Assembly (NCBI RefSeq): GCF_004353825.1
Contig: NZ_SMNA01000003.1
Span: 310,001 to 374,000, forward strand
Length of the DNA stretch: 64,000 bases
Source of the DNA: Occultella glacieicola
GTDB taxonomy: Bacteria; Actinomycetota; Actinomycetes; Actinomycetales; Beutenbergiaceae
Reading direction: 5' to 3'
Part shown: one piece after another, positions 12,533 through 20,900 of the stretch
How positions within the stretch are numbered: position 1 is the first letter of the stretch
Layout: each line of letters starts with the position of its first letter
Program-made: the position numbers and the translations under genes
Notes under the pieces: model-generated
Seen by the model: only the letters and a program-made list of their open reading frames with translations
Database searches by the model: none
What the model was told of the DNA's origin: nothing

Positions 12533-12985
12533 GTGACCTCCTCCAACTGGGCCGCCCAGCGCACCGAGGCCGCGCGTGAGCACGAGCGCCGGCTGAAGGC
12601 CCGCAAGGCCGCCGAGAACGCACGTGCCGGCGCGATGCTCCGGGAGTTCGCGGCGGCGGCGACCTCGGCGGACCTGCCCGCGGAGGACCTGATGGTCCGC
12701 GGGTACGGCGGCCGGGGCTCGGCGCGCAGCTCGGTGCGCGGCTGGTACCTGCGCCTGGACCGCACCGCCGGCGTGGGCACCGACGGTGCGTTCTACGTCC
12801 TCACCGCGCCGTTGAGCGTGCTCGACCGGGTCCGCGGAGTGCGGCTGTCCCCGTCGCCCGCGCCACTCGTGCTCGGTGCCGGCGGCCGCGACGGCGACTC
12901 CATCGACCTGAGCGCCGCCCTGGACCGGCTCCTGCCGGGGTGGTCGGATGCAAGTTCCGGCGACACCGGCTCGGACGCGGGGTAG
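12533..12985 (+). CDS. Hypothetical protein
   Basis: GC3-biased ORF with globular-looking sequence (GWYLRLDRTAGVGTDGAFYVL, GGRDGDSIDL). Confidence 0.7.
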   Translation: MTSSNWAAQRTEAAREHERRLKARKAAENARAGAMLREFAAAATSADLPAEDLMVRGYGGRGSARSSVRGWYLRLDRTAGVGTDGAFYVLTAPLSVLDRVRGVRLSPSPAPLVLGAGGRDGDSIDLSAALDRLLPGWSDASSGDTGSDAG

Positions 12986-13061
12986 CGAGCCGGGACGGCC
13001 CCGACACGACCGTCGCCACATGGACGGGGCCGCACGGGCGTGCGCCCAGTCCGCAAGGGCG

Positions 13062-13586
13062 TCAGGGCCGCACTTCCATGGACGGAGCGTCCCGCGACGC
13101 CTCGGACCCGGACTCACCGCGAGCCTCCCGCAGCTGCCAGACAGCCCAGAGGGCCCGCACCAGAGTGACGCCCAGAAGCACCGTGACGAGGTGGACCGCT
13201 TGGCTCCGACCACCGAACTGCACCCAGCCCTCCCAGCCGACGGCGAAGGACGCCGGTCGCGCCAGGTGGTCAGCATCGCTGGTCGCTGACCACGCGATCA
13301 GCGAGACACAGGCCACCAGGGCACCACAGACGAGCCCAACGTCTGCTGGCGACCTGCGCGACCCAGCGCGATACACGAGTCCGTAGACCATGGCGGCACC
13401 CGCGGCGGCACTCAAGGCGAACGGCAGGATGGGAAAACGGGGATCCGTGATCGCGACGATCTGGTTGTCGAGGTCCACGATCGCACCGGCACGCACTGCC
13501 TCGGCACGTATCGCGAGCAAACCACACGTCAGCACGTAGACGGTTCCGGCAAGCAACCCGGCCACGAGCCCAGCTACGAACCTCAC
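13062..13586 (-). CDS. Hypothetical membrane protein (about 4 TM helices)
   Basis: GAGGGGAG then GTG at 13586, several hydrophobic segments, and codon usage less GC3-biased than its neighbours. Confidence 0.6.
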   Translation of the reverse strand: MRFVAGLVAGLLAGTVYVLTCGLLAIRAEAVRAGAIVDLDNQIVAITDPRFPILPFALSAAAGAAMVYGLVYRAGSRRSPADVGLVCGALVACVSLIAWSATSDADHLARPASFAVGWEGWVQFGGRSQAVHLVTVLLGVTLVRALWAVWQLREARGESGSEASRDAPSMEVRP

Positions 13587-13667
13587 GATTCTCCCCTCGA
13601 TCGTCGGTGATCGTGGCCTCGACGGTACCCGACCGGTCCGACGTGGCTGGTGCGACATCGGGCCAGA

Positions 13668-14015
13668 GGGTGTGCGTCAGGTGTGTGGTGGTGCCATCAG
13701 ATGACACACACCCACCTCGACCCTGGCACGCCGCACCCCAGGCCCCACCCTCCTCCTCGCTCGCCCCAGGACCGCGACACCGTAACGGTGCGACAACGAC
13801 GCGCCCGACACGTCGCGATCACACCACAAGGGACCAGAACGGGCGGGCACCGGCCGAGGGTGAAGCGGAGTGTGGCGCTGCGAGCGCGCACCACACCACC
13901 CCCTTATCGGGCCGAACGCACCCAGCGCCCACGACGGGTCTGATCGTGCACAGCACGCCAGAGACACTCGCTGACCCGCACCAACGCGCTGACACCACAT
14001 CCATGGCGCACACCC
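13668..14015. mobile_element. MITE-like non-autonomous element, 348 bp
   Basis: Imperfect 23-bp terminal inverted repeats (13668-13690 / 13993-14015, 19/23 match) immediately flanked by the direct repeat CGGGCCAGA (13659-13667 and 14016-14024). No transposase inside. Confidence 0.75.
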
Positions 14016-14038
14016 CGGGCCAGACGTGGCCGGTGGCG

Positions 14039-14845
14039 TCAGTACGAGACGGTGTGCCGAAGGGCCGCGAGCGCGTGCGCCACCGGCTGCGGGGTCTCCA
14101 CCGCCGAGAGGTGTCCCGACTCCGGGACCTCGCTCACGTCGACCCCGAGCGCCCGTGCCATCCGCTCGTGGTCATCGGCCGACGCCATGGTGTCCTCGGT
14201 GCCGCGCAGCACCAGAGCGGGCACGCGGCGCCCGGCGAGCCCCTCCAGTGCCGCGTGCCGGTCCGGGCGCACCGCCATCGACTCCTGGGCCCAGGCGATC
14301 GCCGCCGGCGGTGCCTGCGCGAGCCAGTCCTTGACCTCGCGGACCACCTCGGGCCGGTGCGCTCGTGTGGTGTCGCCGAGCACGGTCGCCAGCATCGGGG
14401 CGACGACGGCCGCACCGGCGGCGCCGTCAGCACCGGCAGCGCCCCGGGCCGCCCGGGCGACCTCGAGGCGCTTGGCCCTGCCGGCCTCGTCGTCGGAGCT
14501 CGCCTTGCTGTCCAGCAGGGCGATCCCGGCCAGCAGGTCCGGGTGCCGCTCGGCGAGAGCGAGCGCGACGTAACCACCCATCGACAAGCCGGCGACGACC
14601 GCGCGGGTGATACCCACGCCCGCCAACGACGAGGCGACCTCGTCCGCGAAGGCCTCCAGGCCGCCGTCGGGCAGGGCCGGTGAGGCCCCGAACCCCGGCG
14701 CGTCCACCGCGACCACCGGGACCAACGGCAGCGACGTGACCACGTAGGACCACATCCTGGAGTCGAACGGGAACCCGTGCAGCAGGACCAGGGGAATGCC
14801 GGCGTCGGCCTCCGGGCCGTACCGGTGCAGGGCGAGTGCGCTCAT
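14039..14845 (-). CDS. Alpha/beta fold hydrolase
   Basis: LLHGFP, GLSMGG nucleophile elbow, GTED and SGHLS. GGGAGG RBS before ATG 14845. Confidence 0.88.
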   Translation of the reverse strand: MSALALHRYGPEADAGIPLVLLHGFPFDSRMWSYVVTSLPLVPVVAVDAPGFGASPALPDGGLEAFADEVASSLAGVGITRAVVAGLSMGGYVALALAERHPDLLAGIALLDSKASSDDEAGRAKRLEVARAARGAAGADGAAGAAVVAPMLATVLGDTTRAHRPEVVREVKDWLAQAPPAAIAWAQESMAVRPDRHAALEGLAGRRVPALVLRGTEDTMASADDHERMARALGVDVSEVPESGHLSAVETPQPVAHALAALRHTVSY

Positions 14846-14984
14846 GGTTGACCTCCCGCACCCGACCCTACCCATCGCCCTACCCATCGACCGCTGCAAC
14901 GACCTGTGGCGGCGCGGGACGGATCCTGGTTTGCTTCAGGGACGCCGCCGATCCGGCGGCGATCACCGGCACCGGGAGGCAGTT

Positions 14985-16460
14985 GTGGGTGATGAGATCT
15001 CCTCTCCGACGTTCACCCGGGAGCAGCGCCAGCGCTACCGGGAGAAGGTCCGCCGATGCCTGGACGTGTTCGAGCGGATGCTCGCGACCGAGATGTTCGA
15101 GGCGGACCGGCCGCTGACCGGTCTGGAGATCGAGCTCAACCTGGTCGACGACGAGCGGCGCCCGGCGATGGCGAACGCGCAGGTGCTGGCCGCGATCGCG
15201 GACCCGGCGTTCCAGACCGAGCTGGCGCGCTACAACATCGAACTGAACGTGCCACCGCAGTCCCTGCCCGGCGACGCCGTGCTGGACCTCGAGACCAGCC
15301 TGCGTGCCTCCCTCGATCACGCGGACGAACGGGCCGCCCGCTCCGGCTCAGCGATCGTCATGGTCGGGATCCTGCCGACCCTCACGCCCGAGCACCTCAC
15401 CGGGGACTGGATGAGCGCGAACCCGCGCTACCAGGCCCTGGAGGAGGCGGTGTTCGCGGCCCGGCGGGAGAACATCCAACTCGACATCGCCGGCGTCGAG
15501 CACCTGCGGATGCTGACCGCGACGATCGCCCCGGAGTCCGCCTGCACGTCGGTGCAGCTGCATCTGCAGGTCAACCCCGGCGACTTCGCCGCGAACTGGA
15601 ACGCGGCCCAGCTGCTGGCCGGGCCGCAGCTCGCGGTCGGGGCCAACTCCCCGTTCCTGTTCGGCCGCCAGCTCTGGGCCGAGACCAGGATCGAGCTGTT
15701 CCTGCAGGCCACGGACACTCGCTCCCCCGAACTGCGCAACCAGGGGGTGCGCCCGCCGGTGTTCTTCGGGGACCGCTGGATCACGTCGATCTTCGACCTG
15801 TTCGAGGAGAACGTGCGGTACTTCCCGGCGCTGCTGCCGGAGACCACCGAGGAGGATCCGGAGGCCGAGCTCGCCGCCGGGCGGGCGCCGCGGCTGCAGG
15901 AACTGCGTCTGCACAACGGCACCGTGTACCGGTGGAACCGCCCCGTCTACGACGTGGTCGACGGCGTCCCGCACCTACGCGTGGAGAACCGGGTGCTGCC
16001 GGCCGGGCCGACCGTCGTGGACGTGCTCGCGAACGCCGCGTTCTACTACGGCGCCCTGCAGATGCTCGCCACCGAGGACCGCCCGGCCTGGACGAAGATG
16101 TCCTTCGACGGCGCCCGGGCCAACTTCGAGACGGCGGCCCGCGACGGCGTCGACTCGGTGCTGTACTGGCCCGGCTACGGCGAGGTGCCCTGGGACGAGC
16201 TAGTGCTGCGCCACCTGCTCCCCCTCGCCGCGGAGGGACTGCGCCGACGGCACGTGTCCACGTCGGTCATCGATCGGTACCTCGGCGTGATCGAGGCCCG
16301 GGCGAAGTTGCGCCGCAACGGAGCGTGGTGGCAGGTCGAGACCGTGGCCGCGCTCGAGCGGTCCGGCCTCGACCGCGAGGCCGCCCTGAACGAGATGCTC
16401 CGCCGGTACATGCACGGCATGCACGCCAACGAGCCGGTGCACACCTGGGACCTCCCCTGA
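14985..16460 (+). CDS. Glutamate-cysteine ligase family 2 (GCS2) protein
   Basis: GLEIELNLVD, FQTELARYNIE, ESACTSVQLHLQ, ANSPFLFG, HNGTVYRWNRP and LRVENRVLPAGP. GGGAGG RBS before GTG 14985. Confidence 0.85.
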   Translation: MGDEISSPTFTREQRQRYREKVRRCLDVFERMLATEMFEADRPLTGLEIELNLVDDERRPAMANAQVLAAIADPAFQTELARYNIELNVPPQSLPGDAVLDLETSLRASLDHADERAARSGSAIVMVGILPTLTPEHLTGDWMSANPRYQALEEAVFAARRENIQLDIAGVEHLRMLTATIAPESACTSVQLHLQVNPGDFAANWNAAQLLAGPQLAVGANSPFLFGRQLWAETRIELFLQATDTRSPELRNQGVRPPVFFGDRWITSIFDLFEENVRYFPALLPETTEEDPEAELAAGRAPRLQELRLHNGTVYRWNRPVYDVVDGVPHLRVENRVLPAGPTVVDVLANAAFYYGALQMLATEDRPAWTKMSFDGARANFETAARDGVDSVLYWPGYGEVPWDELVLRHLLPLAAEGLRRRHVSTSVIDRYLGVIEARAKLRRNGAWWQVETVAALERSGLDREAALNEMLRRYMHGMHANEPVHTWDLP

Positions 16461-16464
16461 CGGC

Positions 16465-16770
16465 TCAACTCGGCCTGCGGCGGTCCCTGGCCTTCCAGCA
16501 TGCGGTGTGCCAGTGCCGACGCTCGGAGAGTGCGGCCTCGGCACCGAACAGGTGGTCCTCGCCCCACGCCACCACATGGGCCACCCCGGGCGGGATCTCC
16601 TGCGCGCAGCCCGGGCAGCGGTAGGCCTTCGCGCCGCCGGAGACCGGCCGCACCGACCACTGCGACCCGTCGGCCCGGGTCTCGGTCCGGGCCCGCCCGC
16701 GCAGCACCGACTCCACGTCGAGCTCGGGGTGCGGCTCGTCGTAGGGGCGGCGGCGGGACTTGCGGGCCAT
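16465..16770 (-). CDS. Small conserved-type actinobacterial protein with CxxC/His motif
   Basis: KAYRCPGC...HVVAW...RRHWHTACW. GAGAAT lies 6 nt before the ATG, a possible leaderless -10. Confidence 0.75.
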   Translation of the reverse strand: MARKSRRRPYDEPHPELDVESVLRGRARTETRADGSQWSVRPVSGGAKAYRCPGCAQEIPPGVAHVVAWGEDHLFGAEAALSERRHWHTACWKARDRRRPS

Positions 16771-16868
16771 GGCGCCATTCTCCCCCAGAATTGCCGACAT
16801 GCCCGGGCCTGCGGATGTCGGTAGCCTGACTGCGGTACCGTGCCGCCGACCCCTCGAGGCAGGACGCG

Positions 16869-17744
16869 ATGCAGACGATCCGGAAGGTGCGCCACCGACG
16901 GGCCGATGTCGACGGGCTCGAGGTGTTCTACCGCGAGGCCGGCAGCCCGGACGGGCCGGCGGTGCTGTTGCTGCACGGGTTCCCGAGTTCGTCGCACACG
17001 TTCCACCAGGTCATGCCGCAGGTGGCCGAGGTGGCGTATGTGATCGCGCCCGACCTTCCCGGGTTCGGGCTCTCCTCGGCACCGACCGTCGACGCCTACG
17101 ACTACACCTTCGAGAACCTCTCCCGGACGGTCGAGAGGCTGCTCGACACACTTGGGGTTGAGCGCTTCTTCCTCTATCTCCACGACTTCGGCGCACCGGT
17201 CGGCTACCACCTGGCCACCCGCTCCCCTGAGCGTGTGGCCGGGCTGATCGTCCAGAACGGCAACGCCCATGCCGAGGGCCTTGGCACCCAGTGGGACGCC
17301 GCCAGGGAGTACTGGGCGGAGCCGACGGACGGCAACCGCGCCGAACTCGGGGACTGGCTGAACTTCGCCGGCACCCGCGACCAGTACCTCGCCGGGCTGC
17401 CCGACCATCTGCGTGAGTTGCACCCGCCCGAGTCCTGGCACCTCGACTGGGAGCGGATGAGGCGGCCCGGCAACATCGAGGCCCAGTTCGCATTGTTCAC
17501 CGACTACGCCAGCCACGTCGCCCGCTTCGACGAGCTCGCCGCGTACCACAGCGCCCACCAGCCCCCGGCGCTCGTGCTGTGGGGCAGCCGTGACGTCTAC
17601 TTCGACCTCGATGAGGTGCTCGCCTACCACCGGGCCCTGCAGCGCGTCGACTCACACCTCTACGACGCCGGGCACTTCCTGCTGGCGACCCACGCCGTCG
17701 AGTGCGCCGAGCTCATGCGGGCGTTCGTGCTCGACCACGCCTGA
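16869..17744 (+). CDS. Alpha/beta hydrolase, epoxide hydrolase/dehalogenase-like
   Basis: FYREAG, LLHGFPSSS, APDLPGFG, HDFGAP (Asp nucleophile), QNGNA and AGHFLL. AGGA RBS. Confidence 0.9.
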   Translation: MQTIRKVRHRRADVDGLEVFYREAGSPDGPAVLLLHGFPSSSHTFHQVMPQVAEVAYVIAPDLPGFGLSSAPTVDAYDYTFENLSRTVERLLDTLGVERFFLYLHDFGAPVGYHLATRSPERVAGLIVQNGNAHAEGLGTQWDAAREYWAEPTDGNRAELGDWLNFAGTRDQYLAGLPDHLRELHPPESWHLDWERMRRPGNIEAQFALFTDYASHVARFDELAAYHSAHQPPALVLWGSRDVYFDLDEVLAYHRALQRVDSHLYDAGHFLLATHAVECAELMRAFVLDHA

Positions 17745-17748
17745 CGTC

Positions 17749-17833
17749 CAGCACCGACTCGACGCCGAGCTCGGGGTGCGGCTCGTCGCACGGGCGGCGG
17801 CGTGGCTCGCGGGCCAGGCTCCGATTTCTCCCC
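17749..17833 (-). pseudogene. Degenerate duplicate of the 5' end of the 16465-16770 gene
   Basis: 17749-17816 matches 16702-16769 at 61/68 nt. The start codon is lost (CTG in place of ATG). Confidence 0.75.
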
Positions 17834-17856
17834 GCACGTCGGGTCGGGCAGCAGAG

Positions 17857-17893
17857 CGGGCCCGTCGTCACCGCACCGGTGGCGACGGGCCCG
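17857..17893. terminator. GC-rich hairpin between convergent genes
   Basis: CGGGCCCGTCGTCACCG-cac-CGGTGGCGACGGGCCCG, just after the S8 protease stop. Confidence 0.65.
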
Positions 17894-17902
17894 TGGTGAC
17901 TG

Positions 17903-20900
17903 CTAGACCGGCTTCGGGACGCCGTGCTGCCACGGCCAGCGCCAGTCGGTCTTGATGTCGATCGACGCCGAGCCCGGATCACCGACGTCGTACGCGTCCC
18001 GGTCGAGGACCGTCAGCGTGAGCGTGCGCCGATAGATGATCGGCAGCCAGCGGTCGATGACGTCCACCGTCTCCGTGGCGGTGGCGGCCCCGGCGGCGAA
18101 GGTGACCATACCGTCCAGGCGCACGTAGTCGATCCCCGGGATTGCTCGCCAGGTGGGCTCCGCGCGGTAGCGCACCGTGAGCGGCTCGGAGAGGTCACCG
18201 GTCCGCGTGAAGGTGAACTGCCCGTCGGTACGCGGCTCCTGCGCGTTGCGCGTGCCCTCGATCGTGACGACCGGGATCTCGTAGACGCCCTCGACCGTCA
18301 CGCCGACGCCGGTGGTCACCGGTTGCGCGCCCGGGTTGTCCGTCACGTGGGTGACCTCGTTGGTCAGCACGTCACCGTTGCCGAGGCCCGAGTCGTCGAC
18401 GGTGGCCTGGTAGGTGATCGTCACCGGGTCGAACGTCGGGCCCTGGTAGTCGAAGCACACGACGGTGTCGTTCGCGACGACGCCCGCACCCGAGGCGTTG
18501 TTCACGAGCGCCTGGCCCGAGGTGCCCGGCACGTTCTCGGCTCCGATCGTCAGCGGTCCCGCCACCGAACCGGTGACGTTGTCGTAGGCGACGTAGAACT
18601 CGTACTGGCCGGCCGTGTCGTCCTGGCCGCGGAGGGCGAAGATCTCCACGTCGTAGGTGCTGTCCGGGTCGCCGTAGAGCTGGACGTCGTCGTACTCGAT
18701 GACCAGCAGGCTGCCCGCACCGGTGCCGCCCAGGTTGACCAGGGTCACACCCTTGTTCGTGGCCTGGTCGTAGACGATCTCCATGTCCTGCCAGAGCATG
18801 GCCAGCAGGTTGTTCGGCAGCGCCGCGTCGGGCACGGCCTGCGGTGCCCACGGGCTGCCGCCGTAGTTCGAGGCACCGTCGAAGATCACGAACCCGTCGT
18901 CGGTCAGCGAGATCGCGTCGTAGGCGATGCCGTAGAAGCTGAACGGAGCGACCGTGCTGGAGACCGTGAACGCCGCCGTGTCACCCGAGATCCCAGGGTT
19001 CGTCGCGAAGTTCCCGAGACTGGCCAGGTCGACGTAACCGCCGCCGTCGAACGGGTTGGCACACGTCGGGTTCTCACCACTGCTCGTGACGGCGTAGGTG
19101 CCCTCGGCACCGACGGCGGTGGGCAGGGTCCCCTGCCAGGAGAGGACGCCGTCGGTCACCGTCGCACCACCGGTCGCCGAGCCCTCGACGTAGGTCAGGC
19201 CCGCCGGGATCGTGTCCGTGAGCGTGTACTCGAGATCGGTGTCGGTGACGTTCGGCTCCACGGTGAGCGTGTACGTCACCGTGTCGCCCGGCGAGGCCAC
19301 CTCGACGTCGGCCGTCTTCGTGACGTCGTCGGCGAACCTGTTCAGCGTCACCGGCAGGATCCCGATGTCACCGGGCGAGCCCGGCGAGGAGCCCAGGCTG
19401 ATCGCGCCGAACCAGCGCTGGCCCTCCTCCAGTGCCGGTTCGTCGTAGAACACCCGCAGGTCGAACGGGGTGCCGCCCGGGTTGGACGTCGGCCCCTCCA
19501 CGCTCAGGTTGCCGGCGTCGCCGGCCACGACCGCGACGCCGAGCGTGACCGTGTCGGTCGCGTCGGGGGCGGACGCCTCCCAGTTCTGCAGCACCACCCA
19601 CCAGGTGCCGGCCTCGGGTGCGCCGACGTCGCACCGCTCGATCGCGCCCGCCGTCGTGCTGGCGCAGACCTCGGTCGCGGCGCTCGGGGTCGTCCCCTGC
19701 CCGACGAAGAGGTCGATGTCGGTCGCCGTGGACGCCGTCACGTCGGTCACGAACCTCGCGGCCCCTTCGGGCACGTCGAACGTCAGGACGACCGTTCCGG
19801 TCGCGTTGTCGTAGGGGTCGGGGTTGGTCGGGTCCTGAGGCACCGAGTACTCGGTCGCCACGGACGGCGTGAGACCGGCCACCTCGGCGTGCAGGTCGCT
19901 GATCTCGATGGACTCGAGGCCCTCGGCGAGCGTCGAGCCCGCGTCCCGCCGGGTGTCGATGACCACCTCGTCCGGAAGGACACCGGTCGAGGGCAGCACC
20001 GCCACCGGCAGGGCAGCGGTCGGGACGCCCTCGGTCGAGGGGGTCAGTGTGACCTCCCCGAAGAGCCAGGTGCCCGCCTCGGCGCCGGAGACGTCCGCGG
20101 TGACGGTGATCTCCTGCGTCTGCCCCTCGGCAAGGGTGAACGTGGACGGTTCCACGGTCAGCGACATCCCCTCGGCGGCGGCGGCGGCCGCCGTCCAGGC
20201 GAGGCTGCCGTCGGCGGAGCCGGTGACCGTCCTCGTCCACGAGCAGGTCTGCAGGCACTGACCGTCGGCCATGCTGGCCACGTTCAGCGACCTCGGGTCG
20301 CCGCCGAGGCCCGGGTCGGCCGCCAGATAGTCGGCGATCGTCTCGTCGAGCAGGAGCCCGGCATTGGCGGCGGCCTGCAGGTCCACGCGACCCGAGCCCA
20401 TGTCGAACGGGTCCGCCGGCGTCGTGCCGTCCTCCTTCGTGACGTTCGCGGTGCTGGCCGTCGTCATCAGGGCCGACTGGATCTCGGCGGGCGTCCAGGT
20501 CGGCTCGAGCGCGGACAGGAGTGCACCGGCCCCGGCGACGTGCGGGCTCGCCATCGAGGTGCCGGAGACGAAGTTCCACGTCGGCGCCACCTCCGCCTCG
20601 ACCGTCGACGCGCCGTAGGCGGCGAGGATGTCGGTGCCGGGGGCGGTGACGCTCGGCGAGACGAGATCGATCGCCCGGTTCGGACCGCGGCTCGAGCTCG
20701 CGGACGTCACGTCGCCGTTCTCGGGCCGGATGTCGAGCGACGCGCCGGCGATGGACCCGACGTGTCCGTCGCCCTCGGCGAGCCAGGTCTTGAGCGAGAC
20801 ACCGTCGGCATAGGTGATGTGGACCGCGGGCAGGACGTGCGCGTCACCGGTCAGCGATGAGCCGCTGGCCTCGTCGTTGGCGAGGACCATGCCGCCCGCA

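Noticed and set aside
13607..14013. Short ORFs inside the MITE-like element as a possible transposase fragment
   Set aside because: There is no DDE or HTH-like sequence and no coding-type codon bias in any frame.
17924..20860. 978-aa plus-strand ORF, and similar long ORFs such as 94-2394, 24106-26169, 49391-51565 and 58663-61416
   Set aside because: These are antisense or off-frame shadows of well-supported genes, expected in high-GC DNA where stops are rare. They have Arg/Gly/Pro-rich composition and no motifs.
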